DNA of 64,000 bases from Octopus vulgaris (Eukaryota): NCBI GenBank assembly GCA_951406725.2, contig OX597827.1:79794001-79858000 (forward strand), read 5' to 3'. Below the pieces are notes generated by a model, which did no database searches, was not told where the DNA came from, and saw nothing but the letters and a program-made list of their open reading frames with translations. Shown piece by piece: positions 43,036 through 57,864 of this stretch; position 1 is the first letter of the stretch; each line of letters begins with the position of its first letter. Position numbers and translations under genes: made by a program.

Positions 43036-44041
43036 CTGTTGACAAAAAAATGTACAATTATCAAACACTATATAGCAATTTTCACTAGAATATTTAACCA
43101 TTGCTAATGGATATGAAAAGGGGAGAGGAAATAAATTCTATGTGAGTTGTTTTCTTTCTTTGTTGAAAGAAATAGTAACATGAAAAGATAAGGTATTTCA
43201 ATGGAACGATAGCTATTTTTTTAATATAAATCTCTGCCTAAGGCTGCCTCTGATTCTTTGATACAAACCCAATGTTTGAAAGAGTTTATATTTAATTTAA
43301 AACTCCTCATATTATTTATATATATATGACTTTGTTCTTTGGCTTAATAATGAAGTAATTTTTAAAATCCCTTTAAATTCTTGAATTTTAAAATTAATTA
43401 AAACACATAGTGTACTTTATTAGAAATATTGTCATGAAAGAATTAGCATATAAAATTGTGAACTTACAGTATATAGTTATATGTTAGATGGAAGAAACCA
43501 CATCTTTCGATCGTTTAACAAACCAGTTTAAATAGTTTCAAAGTGTCATTAATGTGAATTGCTTTCTAATTAACAAAATTAGCTGATATCAATTACAGTC
43601 CTTCAGTTTCTTGCCTCTACATAGTCAATTGAGGCCAACTTCCATTATTCTAAAGTAAGTTAAATAAGTACCAGTAATATACAGCGGGTTGATTCAGTTG
43701 ACTATTCCTCTGTAAATTTGTATCATTGCAACAAATCATTGTTGTTGCTGTTGTTGCAACGAAGTTTCATATCGAATCACAAAAGTAGATTCATATTTTA
43801 AATTTTGCATAATCAAGTCAACTCTCCAAGAGGGGTTTTACAAAGAAGGGGATAAACATTTTCTGCAGCATTTATGACTGATGAAAGGAAGGGAGGAAGT
43901 TCTCCTCATGCCAGAGACCTTAACTAAATGCTCACAATACAGCAGACTCCAACTAAAGATATCCAAGAGCCATGTGATTATGTTAAACTAGACAATAGAT
44001 AAAGACAACTACCAAATTTTGAGACTTTCCTCTGTTCTTAC

Positions 44042-44400
44042 TTGAAAATAGAGATAAGTTTCTTCAGATTTCTTCGGTGTTTCTCTTCTCTAACCAAGTC
44101 CAAACTTTCAATCTTTTCCTATTTCCTCTGCTTTGACTTTGCAATCAAACATTGTAGTGCTTTCTACTTCTACTATCATTGTCTTTTCTACAAGTCTCTG
44201 GAGATAGGAAATTGTTCTATTTGCATACCAAACCATTGTCACAGTCTTATATTTTGCCACACATCCCAAATATAACAAGGCAGTTGCTGTTATTTTTGCT
44301 TCCAAAGATTTGTTTGCACTGCTTGTTCTTACATTTTCTGTTTTCCTTTTCATATTTGAAATTTCAGTCAAGCTCACACTATCTTTTGAATGTCCAACAG
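44042..44400 (-). other. Possible upstream, probably non-coding, exon
   Basis: Donor CAA|GTAAGA ~1 kb upstream of the 43035 acceptor. No frame stays open across it, and the 5' boundary is unknown. Confidence 0.25.
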
Positions 44401-46344
44401 TCTTCTCTCATTTCTGTTCACATTTTATATATCACACAAGATTGTTATTATGAAGCTTCATTAAGGGCTCAACTCTTGAAAAGTGTGACTTGAGTGAGTG
44501 GAGATAATTATAAATGTCTGGTGTTGCGTAAGAAAAAGAAAATTCATGTTATTTGATATTTTTTGTTTTCACTGGGTAAATCGTTAAATGCCCTCTGAGA
44601 CAGGTAACAATCAATTTACCCAATACTTTTGCTTACTGGTTGAATTAGAAAGACAGCAATTAGTTGAGTAGAAAGTAGAATGGAATATTCTGACCATTTC
44701 TGAGTTGGGTATATCTTTTGTTTCTACAATTTATCAATTTGTATTATTTTTTTCAAATATTTATATTTTGTACACATTTCATAATTACATCTTCATAATC
44801 ACATAATTTTTCTTATAATTTTGTGTTTTTCTAGAAACTTACCATCATCATTATTATTTTCTTCCATTTTAACCCAAGTTTGATTCTATGAACTTCATGA
44901 AGGTGATAGGAGTTTTAGTTTTACTCCAATATAATGATAATAGTTCTATCAATAAGGCTTACTACACAATAAGACTAAAATGTCCCCCTCCCCTACCCTT
45001 TTGGATGTGATGATATTAATTCAAGTCAATGATTCAATCAATTTTTATCTTTCTATGTACATTGCTTCAACCTAGGTTTTAATATATATATTTATGCTTG
45101 AATTCCTTTTCATTAAGTTTTATCTTCTCTCCATTGATGCAAAGCTGAGTGAACAGTCAACTACCACCAGACACTGCACACACACAAAAAAACCAAAAAA
45201 CAAAAGACAAAAAAAAAAAACAGATGAAATAATTTTCCAAATACATTGTTGCTTAAACGTTTGAAAAAGTGTTCTCAGAAACACGTACATGCTCGCACAC
45301 AAACACACGCATAATGAAGATTCCATTTATCATTTTTGTATGTTTGTCTCAGCTAGCTCGAGTAAGAAGAAACCCCAATGCAATGCTTGACCATGTGATA
45401 CCTTTTCTAACAATAGTCAGATTATTACCCATTCTCCAGTTTGATGTGGTGAGGTTACTAAAGTCTCACTCTTTCTCATACAATGCAATGCCTACAGTAA
45501 TATCTGAGTCCACAGACCATTAACCATAGATGCACACAGACACACAAGGAAGACATCAGGTTCAAATCATTCACTGCTTCCTCTGACTATTATCAGAATG
45601 CTGCAATGAAGAATTTCTATAATTGTTATAACATGATGTTACATAGTCTACCTGATTACCAATCACATAAATTATTATCTCTCCTAATGGATTTTGAGGA
45701 AAATTCTTAGCTTTACTCATTTTATCATGCTAGTCATTTTTGAACAACCTCAATATAACATTATTAAGAATGTCCATTTGTTTAACTTGTCAGTTAATTT
45801 ATTACTCAGTGTCTAAGAGACCAGAAAGCTAAGCTGATATATGCTTTGTTTTCTTGCTCTTATTTTGTTTATAGGATTATGTAGCAACTTGCTATTTTCT
45901 GCCTCTAACATGTATCATGAATAATATACGTGCTTTTATAATGTAAGTCTTTTTTCTTCTCTTTTTGATAATATATTAATTTAAATGCTAATGAAACTGC
46001 AGTGCATAGGAAATTCATGCCACTTGCTTAACTACAACAATAAATCTATTTTCAAGTGTTTTAGCCCTGGGAAGATATACAAATGTGATAGATACTGATC
46101 TGCTTTCTGTTATTAAAATGTGGTATTCTGTTCAAAATGGATTTGTTCCATTTCATTACCTGTAACTCTTACCCGTTTTGCCATGTTTCATCCCACTCTT
46201 AGATTTACTTCTTTCAGTATATATTACTTCATCAAATGTATTGATCTATTTGAGGATAACCTTGGTGTAATATTCCTTATAAATGATTGCATAATTGTTA
46301 AGATGGATGGAACTTTACGCTTGCAATGTATCTCTCATAATTCT

Positions 46345-46388
<44 letters not shown>

Positions 46389-46759
46389 TGCTTTAATGCC
46401 CACTTGTCTATGCTTGCATGGGTTGGAAAAAAGACAGATGAAATGCTGCTAAGCATTTTCCCCAATATGTTAATAATGATGGCAGCTGACTGCCGTAATA
46501 ATAATAATAATAATGGTAATGGTTTCAAATTTTGGCACAAGGCCAGCAATGTTAGGGTAAGGGATAAGTTAATTACATTGCTCCCAGTGCTCAAATATTT
46601 GTCCTCTGTCATTTCAGTCATATCCACTCTACAACCACTTTCACTGTAATCACAAAGAGAAAAGAAAACTTCCTGCTGAAGGAAGGTGGTCGGCAGTTTT
46701 CACGATGGATTTGGCAGATTGCTAAATCCATGATGGATTTGGCAGATTGCAAAACTCCA

Positions 46760-47490
46760 CAGATCAGCAAGGCTTACACACTGAACAAGTTTGAGCATCT
46801 TCAACCAGGCATTTTGGTCCCTCTGCACTGAAGTTTTTGGCACAGTTGGGCAGCTTGGGCAGTGGAATGTGTCCCTTACTCAAAAACAAGGGCAAGGTAT
46901 CATGGTTAGGAAGTAATATATAATAGAGACAATGCACACATTTGCCATCTCTGTCTGACCTTTGTGTGGTAGCTTCTCAGTCCATTTCTGAGTGAGACTG
47001 GCCATCCTGCTCATAATTTCATCCTAATTCCCATCCCTCAAGAGGTTTGGATTGAATCAGACACTAAGTAACTAGTCCATTAGACCAGTGTTTCTAAGTT
47101 CTGGTCTGGACTTGTCTCTCCAGGTGCCAAGCTGCAGACACATCGACTTGTCTGTGTTAGTCTTTGCTCCTGTCACCAACTGGCATTACTTTACGATATT
47201 GTCCATATATTGGATCCCAGTTCAAACACGATGCTCCCCAACACCTCCAATTTCTGCAGCAGCAGAATGACTTTGGTTTGAGAGTCAAGGCATATTGAAA
47301 AGAGGACAGAGAACAAAATAGTTCTGACAGATAACCATTTAATCTGATCACTGAGCAGGTAGCACCATAAAATGGACTGCTGTAGCCTCTGAAAGCAGGA
47401 CTGAATCTGAGCACTTTAAGAGGTGATGATGCTCTTTCAATTCATCTAAAAGGATCAACTCCACACTGAAGCCAGGTGTTGTTAACCATC
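46760..47490 (-). mobile_element. Tx1/L1-clade LINE RT remnant
   Basis: Minus: FSPAFRGY..FYGATCSVIRLNGYLSELF..LVTGAKTNTDKSMCLQLGTWR..DEIMSRMASLTQKW..KGQTEMANVCIVSIIYYFLTMIPCP. Confidence 0.8.
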
Positions 47491-49965
47491 TTTTTTTTAT
47501 GATGCAGCACATAATGTAGAAGTTGTTATGGATGATAGTAGTAGTAGTAGTGGTAATTGCCATATTTAGTGCTAACTGAAACTGAATATGTATTGGATTA
47601 TTTAGTCCAAGGAATATTGGAGCTGACAAACCAAAAAAATGGACTTCTACGTTTGTTTAAGCAGGACTTTAAAAACAACGATTTCATTGTGATGATAATT
47701 TTGTAAGTTATCCTTTTTAAAACTTTGTCATTCTATTCATTTAAAAAAACTACTTATCTTTTTATAATTTGCTATTCATGCATTTTGGTTTAATATTATT
47801 TCTCTCCTCTACGCTTCTCAAATTTACTGGTGTTGACTTCCAAAATTACAATTTGGATCAATCAATATCCCCAAGTATCTCTATAATGATAATTTGGTTG
47901 TAAACATTTTATGTTTAATGTTCACTTACTAATAGACCTGTCCAAGAACTCGTTAAATTATCACTTTCTACCATTATTGGTTCTTATTTCCTTTCTCGAA
48001 ATTTCTTTCTTTATATTTTTTATTTTATTTTATCTTAAAACTCTTATTCTCTCCAGTAGTCAAAAGCATCACAATATATCCGTAAGTGAAATTCATTACA
48101 GTCTAAAAAGGTTTTATTTTCCAAAGAATATTTTGGCACATTACAGATTCTTTTATTTTTTTAAAATTTATTAATAAATGTGGGCCTTTCAAGTTTTTCA
48201 AAATCCATTCCAGTATGTTTAGTATTAATGTGATTGCTCCACCTGTCATTGTTGTTTGTTGCAATATGACATATTGTTGTTTATAAATTAAACAAATTGC
48301 TTTCATTTTTAAATATCTTTAGTTCTTCAGTCTAGAGGCTATATTAGCATATTCTTTCATATTAATTTTTTTTTTCCAGTAAGGATTTCAAAGAAGTCTA
48401 GTTCATAACTATTATTCTGATAGCAACTATTTCATTATTATTACTAATGTATCTGTGTGTGTAAATGTGTATATGCATTTATGTGTATGTTCATTTGTAT
48501 GCATGTGTGTATGTATTTATTTCTTGGTGGGTGTATATGTATTTGTTGGTGTGTGAGTATGTACGTATTAATTGATGAATGTAAACATATTCGTTGGTGT
48601 GTGTGTGTGTGTGTGTGTGTGTGTACATGTAACCATGGAAAAGACATTAAAAAAAAAACCGTTTTCATGAAAGCTGTATATCTATTAAGTAGAAATTGTA
48701 TCAATAACAAGCAATGTAATAAGTGGCATTGAAACATTAAGTTTAATCTGAATTAAAGAACTGTTTATCTATCTTCCACTTGTGAATAGTTTCAATTATG
48801 TTACTAGACACATTTTATTGCTACCTTTATTTCACTTTGAGATTGGTAATGTTAGCGAGTTGAAAGAATTATTTCAAGCAATTTGTTTCCAATTAATTTC
48901 TGTTTGGCTTTAACAAAACAAAACAAAACAAAAACAACACATATATATATATAATTCATTTAAAACCAAAGCATCAGATGTCAAACATTCTGTTGATAAT
49001 GTGAACTTCCTTGAAGCAAATTTAGGAGATGAGGTGTCACATTGATTAACAAGGTTATAGTGGGGATATAAGCTGTTGTTATATACTAGACAGAAGTTCC
49101 ACTGTATCCAGTTACAGAAATGATTATTGCCAGACAGTATACTATGGCATAAGAAATGTGTTATATTGTAAGATGTTGAAATATTCTGACAGGAAAAATG
49201 TTAGACAATTCCCATTCTACTCTCTCATGTAACAATATGTTTATCAGTGATATTTTTTCCATTTGTTTTCCCTCACTGAATAAGATGATTCTGCTTGACT
49301 GACTCTTCTCTCCTCTCCGCAATCAATTCTGCCACTTTAATTTCACTCAGCTTAAATTATCAACATATTTAACTCGTTCAATTATTTTGCACTTACTATT
49401 TCACTTTCACTTCTCTCTTCTACAAAACATTTCCTACTATTTCTTCTTAGCCTCCTACAAAGACTATCACTAAGAAAATCATAAATTTCCAGACTCATAG
49501 ATGCAAGTACAGCTTTATAGTTGAGGTTCACTTCACAAACCAATCATTCCAGGTTCGATTCCACTGCACAAATCTTGGGCAAGTTTCTTTCTACTGAAGC
49601 CTAGTGTTTACCATTGCCTTGTGTATGGAATTTAGTCGACAGAAACTTGTGAAAACTTGTATTCATTCAAAATGGTTTTCTCACCATATGCATGCCCGAC
49701 AAAGAAATAGTGATACAGTTTTAGTAAATACTCTTTATTATTTTGAAGTGCTGGTTAATAACATTGCTAATAATCCTTTCTACTTTGGCACAAGGCCTGA
49801 AATTTTATGAGAGGGGCCTACTTGATTACATCGAGAAAAAAAAAACCCCATGCTCAACTGGTGCTTATTTCATCAATCCCAAAGGATGAAAGGCAAAGTC
49901 AACCTCAGCAGAAAAATAATAACAACAACAACAACAATAATAATAAATAAACAAATAATAATAAA

Positions 49966-50530
49966 TGCCCTGATGCAGTCCCACATACTGGCTCCCATGG
50001 CTTCAGATCTTAACTGATCAGAAGTGTTATCGTGTACAATGTACATTGTTTTGTCTTGGTATAAGAGATGGGACTACAGCAAATATTCTGCTCAACAACA
50101 CAGATTTGCTTGTGAATTGTTTGACCGTAACCTGTTGAGCATGTCCCTTGGTGACTGACAATATGTGCATCTCTGATCACGAGCAGAAGTAGTGGGGGAG
50201 CATCATAGCCATGTGTTGAGAGGAATTCTTTGGGGTTTGGATAATTCACCTCTGGAAACATGGATGTTTCATTCAACATCCTTAAACAACCTTAATTCAG
50301 TGACTTTTTGAGTGGGATGGGCTGCTCAACCTGAATAAAATTCTAACTGGGCCCCACCTGCAAGGTCATGCGCTATTTACCTTGATATGAGATCATTATT
50401 TCACACGCACATGATTGTGATGCATGTACCTGATGTACCCTTATCAGACATGTAGTCATGATGGGTATATTGGGCTTCATATATTTTATCCCTGTGTAAC
50501 TTTGATGGCACGCACTGCTCTTTCACTCAG
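49966..50530. mobile_element. ~560-bp interspersed repeat embedded in (TAA)n
   Basis: Non-coding block flanked on both sides by AAT tracts; resembles an abundant octopus repeat I recall. Class not assignable. Confidence 0.5.
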
Positions 50531-50541
50531 TAATAATAATG

Positions 50542-50577
<36 letters not shown>

Positions 50578-50584
50578 TGCTAAT

Positions 50585-51040
50585 CAGTTCCAGGTAGGTA
50601 GTGGGTAGTGATTTTCTTCACTACTTCAGGGAGTGACGACCCTGCCTGACATGAGTCCCGGGCTCAGCTGGCTCCGGCTGACAGTATCCGGTATGGGCCC
50701 CTATTCAGGGTTACAGAAAAGGGACAGCCTTCAAAGAAATCCAGAGTGGAGCCCCGTAAGCAGTTTAGAGTTCGACTTGACACTCTTCTAGCAGCTCTTG
50801 CAACCAAGCTGGTGCCAAACGTAATGCTCTGCACTCCTTTGGACTACGTCAGCAAGGTCGAGAGAGGAATCCTGACGATTGGGCTACCCAGGATTTTCTT
50901 ACATCTGGCCCAGGCCTGCGCAAAACTGGAGAGGAAACTGGAGAGGACATGAAATGTAAAATCCAGACTGGATTAGTTTATGCGCAACTCCATTGTCTCC
51001 CGAGACAAAAGGATGCCAACAACAGCAATCAGTTGCAGGC
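50585..51040 (+). mobile_element. RTE-like LINE 5' UTR fragment
   Basis: GC-rich block with GAGTGGAGCCCC..CCAAGCTGGTGCCAAACGTA..CCCAGGCCTGCGC, recalled from RTE 5' regions. Confidence 0.45.
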
Positions 51041-51674
51041 ATATAACACTTATTCATTTTGGTATTTACGTTTGGGTTTATTTGTAATTCAGTTTGCACC
51101 ATAATAAAATGTGTATCTTGGTTTTTAGAATAGGGGCACAGCTTTTAGAATAGCTACACCATAAGGCTGCTTGCTGTCAGAAGTGGCTATAAGCATTGGC
51201 ATCAGGTGATTACTCAGTAAGATATAGCAATGTATGATCTATAATAAATAAATAAATAATTTCTTCACACAGTGATTTTCTGTTCTAAGTCTGTACCATG
51301 TTTTTGCACTGAGGTAAACTACATAAATCCAGTAGCAATGGTCAGATGCCAACCCTTTTGTTCTATTCTTTCAAATCAAAAAGGGTTGATATTTTAAGAG
51401 TGAACCTTGGCAATGCTACCAGTAAAGATTTAGTTTACAGCCGATTAGTTCTTTATGATATTTCCAATGTTTTCAGCACTAGGATTACAGTTTTTTTTAT
51501 TCCTGCCTAATGGATGGCAAAAAATTGTAATCTTTCTTTGTCTGTCCCTCTCTCTGTACACACCCACGCACGCGCACACACACACACACACACATTTATG
51601 AAGAAGACAGATTGAGGAAGAGTGGGGAATGAATAGCTCTGGCACAACTAATCTATTCTTTCAGCCCCAACAAT

Positions 51675-51900
51675 AATGGCACCCATTACTAAAGATATAT
51701 CGTCAATCAAAATATCTGCTTGCTAACAAAAATATACATAAAGAAAGGTCTGAAAGTTCTAATCTACACTGGCATCAATAGAAAAATACCTTTATTAGAC
51801 ATCAATATCCAAGCTAGAGATAAGAAATACATCACCTTCTCATACAGAAAATCCACTAACAAGTACAATTGCATCTATGTCAATAACAAATGCTTTATCT
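51675..51900 (+). mobile_element. Penelope-type RT remnant
   Basis: RYI..LKF..GINRKIPLLDINIQ..YITFSYRKSTN matches the PLE RT motifs LKFT..IPFLD..YRKPT. Confidence 0.6.
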
Positions 51901-53227
51901 CATAAAAACTATCAATGCTGCTGCTGATGATGATGATGATGATGATGATGAGAATGATAACAACAATTTTCAAACAATTCTCGTTAATATTATCAAACAT
52001 AAATGTTCAACATAAAAGTACGAAAAAATATTTCACACTATTGATATCGATATTCATACAAGCAATGCAACGGAATATTTTACCGAATTCAACTGCACCA
52101 CACATGTGCATGCACGTACACGCTAGCAGGGTGGGTGGCAGATGGAAGAGGGTGGGGGGAAAGGATTCTTTTGTTCACAGCAAAAAAGTAAATCTAGCAA
52201 AAGCATGGAAAGAGTGCGTAAAATGTTCAACAAAATGTAACAACAACAACAACAACAACAACAGAGAAGATAAACCGAAGTTGATGCTGTATTAAAACAA
52301 AAGCAATCACAATAACAACTGCAGCAACTACATCAGCAGAAATATCTTCAGCATCACAACAACAATATCAGATATGAGATGTGTGAAAGAACATTCTAAA
52401 TAACTAAAATCCATAGTTTCTCACCAATAACCAGGATGCAGTATTTTCAGATCGTTAATCCAACCATGACAATAATTCAGGTACAAATGTTGGCAGTTTA
52501 AGGAATGACTTTGAAACTTGGGGTTTGGTAAGTAATAGTGTAAATGGCGAAGGCCTTCAGGATCCCTGCTTACTCTCTCCAACTTGCTCTCCATAACACT
52601 CAGAAAGTATGAGATTTGTCACTTTACGCGGAGTTGTTTATTGATCCTTACATTGATGAAAGATTTATGTTTTCCTTCTCCACTTTCCTCTATCTCTTAA
52701 GATTATCCTGACAACTTGTCTGTAGGATCATAAATACCTTGCACGGATATAAGCTGACAGTGTATTTGGAATGTGTGTGTGTGTGTGTGTGGAGACTGAG
52801 ACACTCCTTTTTCAACTGCTGTGTGAATTTACTGGTCCAATCTCTGTTAAGTGGAAAGGTTGAACTGGTAAAGCTCAAACTAAATCCTTCTGGATTTGAA
52901 ACTTAGAACTGGAAAAAGTTTGATACAAGATTATTGTGTGCAGGCATTGTGTGTGTGTGTGTATGTGTCGTGTGTGTGTGTGTATGTTGTGTGAGACAAA
53001 AAAAAGAACAGGTGTGGGATGAGGTTAATCAACTGTTTACTTAACATTATCACATGATTTTTGAATATAATTCATATTAGTTTCCAGAACACTAATAATA
53101 ATTCTAATTAAGAATAATATTTATTTCTAACATATTTTGCCAAAGAATATGTTTAGTTACGTCACCTTCAGTACTATACTGCCATGTATTTTTCATACCA
53201 AAAGATTGAGCTTTGTGTATGTATGTA

Positions 53228-53293
<66 letters not shown>

Positions 53294-53456
53294 TACATAC
53301 ATACACACGCATATATATATATATATATACACACACACATACATACACACGCATACATATATATATATATACATACATACACACGCATACATATATATAT
53401 ATATATATACATACATACACACGCATACATTATATATATATACACACACACACATA

Positions 53457-53494
<38 letters not shown>

Positions 53495-53507
53495 CATACA
53501 CACACAT

Positions 53508-53546
<39 letters not shown>

Positions 53547-53559
53547 TATATATCTATCT

Positions 53560-54383
53560 ACCCCCCCAAAAACCTGGAATTTTGCAATATTATTTTATTC
53601 ACTTTGTTTTACATGTTTACACTTTTATCCCCTCCAAATATTCTCCATTTGAAGCAATGCATCAGTCCAGACAGGTTTTCCACTGTTCAAAGCAGTCCTG
53701 GAACTCTTGCAGAGTGATGCCTTTCAGCACCTCCGTTGTCTTTTCTTCACCTCTTCCACATCTGCAAAATGTTTTCCTCTAAGAACTTTTTCCATTTGAG
53801 GGAACAAAAAAATATCACAGGCTGCAAGATTAAGTGGGGTCATGACTGCTTTTGACCTTCCATGAGCAAGTGAGGCACAAATTTTGCTGCAACTCTTTCC
53901 ATTTGAAATTTTCCACTCAAAATTCGTTGGCAGGAGCTCCAGGATACACCAGTCATCTCAACAAGTTCGTCAACCTCCAAAATTGGTTCATGAATTTTTG
54001 TGTTGTTTTCGTTCATGTGGGGTCTTCAACCAACAAGTGACCATTCCGGAAGTGTGAAAACCACTTGTAAACTTGCTCATGGCAGCATCCTTGTAAGCTG
54101 TTTGAAGCATGGCAGCTGTTTCAGGTGTTGTTTTTTCCAGCAGAAAACAAAATTTCATGGAAGCATGCTGTTCCTTCATTTCAGCCATTGCAAAAATTGA
54201 CAAACTGGGAGAAGCACTGCAAAGGAAAGATGCATCACGTGGCAGTACGACTTCACTCGATGATGCTGGTCAGTAGACTGATGCCTGAGGGTCACATCAA
54301 GTGACTTCTAGCTGCAGAAGCCTGAACTACAATGGGCTTGTCCCACAGAGAATGTTTCTGGTTACTTTTGGGTACCTCCTCAT
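53560..54383 (-). mobile_element. Internally deleted mariner transposon
   Basis: N-terminus MAEMKEQHASMKFCFLLEK; C-terminus NLAACDIFLFPQMEKVLRGKHF..FQDCFEQWK..CIASNGEYLEG*. Imperfect TIRs. Confidence 0.85.
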
Positions 54384-55847
54384 ATGTGTGTGTGTGTGTG
54401 TGTGTGTGTAAATCTATTTCTAGCTGAGCCTAAGAACACTTAGTTGGGAAGTGAGTTCCTTAACCACACAGCCGCACCTAAATAAATGAATCTGATTCTC
54501 TGAAATTTCTGTCAATCTTATTTATAACAGTTATAATCGTTTCTAGCATAGGAATAGGGCCTGAAATTTGGGGAATGCAAGGCTAGTGAATACCATTTTA
54601 TTGACCCTAGAAGCAAGAAAGCTAAAGCTAATCTTGGTGGGATTTGAACTCAAAATATAAAGGGTCAGAACTATCACAAGACATTTTGCTCAGCACTTTA
54701 GCAATTCAGTAATCCACTGCTGGTTTTATAACAGTTGAGGGTTATCTTTTTATTTGACACCATAGCAACCAAGATATAATATTATAATGCAATATAAACA
54801 ATAAGCAAAAAATACTATGCACATCAAAGTATATGATCTTAAAGTAGCATGCAACATACACATGATCACATGCATGTGTATATGTCTGTGCATATATATA
54901 TATATATATGAATGTATGTGTATATATATATTTTATTCCACATTTCTGTTCATTATTTACTAAAGTTAAATTATTCCGACAACTTCTAGTTATATAATTT
55001 TAGTGTGTCATGTCTTTATATAGGATGTGAATAGCAAAATAAGTTCATATAGTCTAGACCTGAAGATTGGCAATATAATCGTTTTAATATGGTATTGTAT
55101 TTAGAGACATTCTATTTCAGCAATATCGGGGAATATGTTGTCATGAAACGCACGTAGTAAAGTATATGATTTGAAATAAGAATTGTAGGTATTAATTTTG
55201 GTAATTTTAATATTTAGTCCTATATGTACCTATTGTTGATAATGTCATTCAATGATGATTGAGTTGCTTGAGGGGGATTCTGTCTCGTAAACCTATCTGT
55301 ATCTAATTATCTATCTATCTCTCTCTCTCTCTATATATATATAATTAAGAGAAATAACCTCTATTAAGTAATTCAATTGACAATGAAAGATATCTATATT
55401 AAATCATATAGAAAAAATTGAAATATATTATAATAGCCCTAATTTTTAGAGGATAATATATACATATATTATATATTGTGAAATTTGATTTAGAATTACT
55501 AAATTGAATTTTTCCCTGTAAATTTGGAATTTTATATTCCCTACTATTATTAATATATATATATATACATACCTACATGCACACACAGTTAGTTGCTTGG
55601 TGTCAAAAAGGGTGGGGCATCCAGGCCCAAAATGAAACACATGGGCAAGATGCGATCTAGCAGTACTTCTGAAAATGTACTGATTTTGAACATGGGGATC
55701 TGTCCAACCCATGCCAGCATGGAAAACAGACATACAACAAAGATGATGATGATGATGAGATGCATATGTTTACATGCACTTTGAATATTTGCTTACACAC
55801 ACACTTTAAGAAATTATATTCAATAAATAATAAATCATTGTCATAAT

Positions 55848-57222
55848 TCTCTCTACTATAAGCATATAACCTGAAATCTTGAGTGAAAAGAAAAGATGAT
55901 TACATTGACCCCAGTGCTTGAGTGATACTTATTTTATTGATCTCAAAAAGATGAAAGGCTAAGTCAACCCCCACAGAATTTAAACATAATGCCAGCAGAA
56001 ATACTACAAAGCATTGTATCTGGTGTGCCAAAAGATCTTCCATCTCACCGACTTAACAATAATACTCCTTTCTATTATAAGTACACGACCTGAAATTTGT
56101 GGGGACGGGGCTTGTTAATTACGTTGACCCCCGGTGCTAAACCAGCTCTTATTTCATTGATCCTGAAAGGATGAGAAACAAACTCAACCTCGGCAGAATT
56201 TGAAGACAAGCAAAATACTGCTTAGCATTTTGTCTGGCATGCAAAGGATTCTGCCAGCTTGCTGCTTTAATAGAAATGATAATAATAATGGTTTCAGATT
56301 TTGGCACAAGGCCAGCAGTTTCTAGGAGGATGCAAGTCAGTTACATCGACCCCATTGCTCACCTGGTACCTATTTTTATTGACCCTGTAAGGAGGAAAGG
56401 CAAAGTCGACCCTGGTGGAAATTGAACTCAAAATGTAAAGATAGATGACATACCGCTAAGCATTTTGCCCGGCATGCTAATGATTCTACAAGCTTACCAC
56501 CTCAACAATAATAATAATAATGATAATAATAATAATTTGAAATTCATATGAGGATAGAGCATGCTCTAAAAACTGCTCTATTGGGGACAGTTAGAATTTT
56601 GAGATTGGTGCCTGGGTGTTGAAGTATCTTTCACAATACTTAACCCTTAAGTATCAAGTCTTAGTATCAGTTCATAGACAGAGACCCTGTGAGGCCTTTA
56701 ACAACAGAATGCTGTCTACTCACACAGAATTAACCAGAGCAAGTAAGATTGAGAGCTCTGAGAAGTAAACAATAATGATAATCCTTTCTACTAAAGGCAC
56801 GAGTCCTGAAATTTTAGGGAAGGAGACTAGTTGATTACATCAACCTTAGTGTTTTATTGTTATTTAATTTATCAACCCCGAAAGGACGAAAGGTAAAGTC
56901 GATGTCATTGAAATTTGAACTCAGAATGTAAAGATTTGTAACAAAATTCCATTAGTTATTTTATTCAATGTTCCAATAATTCTGCCAAATAATAATAATA
57001 ATAATCTTTTGTAATACAGGCACAAGGCTTGGAATTTTGGGGGAGAGGGGTCGAGTCAATCAGCTCAACCCCAGTACTTGACTGGTACTTTATTTATTGA
57101 GCTCGAAAGAATGAAAGGCAAAGTGGACCTCAGCGGAATTTGGACTCAGAACATGAAGACAGATGAAATGCTGCCAAGCACTTTGCCTGATGTGCTAACA
57201 ATTCTGTTAGCTCACTGCCTTC
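55848..57222 (-). mobile_element. Cluster of five co-oriented S1 SINEs joined by (AAT)n
   Basis: Copies at ~55848-56055, 56065-56268, 56288-56503, 56782-56988 and 57004-57222. Confidence 0.8.
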
Positions 57223-57864
57223 CAAATGATAATAATAATAATGTTGAAGCAAATTGCTTTGTTCTGACTCAAAGAGCAAGTGATTCGTCTGACTTAATTA
57301 GTTTTTGTGTCCAGCAATGGAAAGGAAACATATTGCTTTCATTTATTTTTCTGATAGCCTTCTATTGTAAAGTGCTTGTCTGATATTCGCTACTCTGGCC
57401 CTATTAACAATACTGTAGTTATTTATTGTGTGATTCAAGATTTTTATATTTCTTCCATTTTATGTCTCAACTGCAAGATAATATCAATGGCAGTGAAATG
57501 TGATCAAGGTGGATACTTTATGTTTTTGACAGTTTTATATCATAAAATCCGCCACCACCCCACCCCACCTCCAGCTGATATGTGTCTCATGAGCAACAGA
57601 ACAAACAGATATATTGATTTTCCTTCGATGGACAATTCATTATTTATGGCTATTTTCTTGTTGGTGTTGTTTTTATTGGTTTCTTTTGTGTTGTTTTGTT
57701 TTCTAATTATTTTTCTTATATATGAGTAGATTTCTGTGGTCTGTTTTCATTTCATATTATCTGCATATTTATTTTAGTGGGGATATTGTAATGTGGCAAT
57801 GAAGATAGATTTCATATCTGCTGAGTGCTATGTCTTTATTGTGACCATATCCCTCTAAAATACA

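Noticed and set aside
49966-50030. Weak resemblance of the minus strand to U2 snRNA
   Set aside because: Under 30 nt with several mismatches, and no branch-pairing or Sm site.
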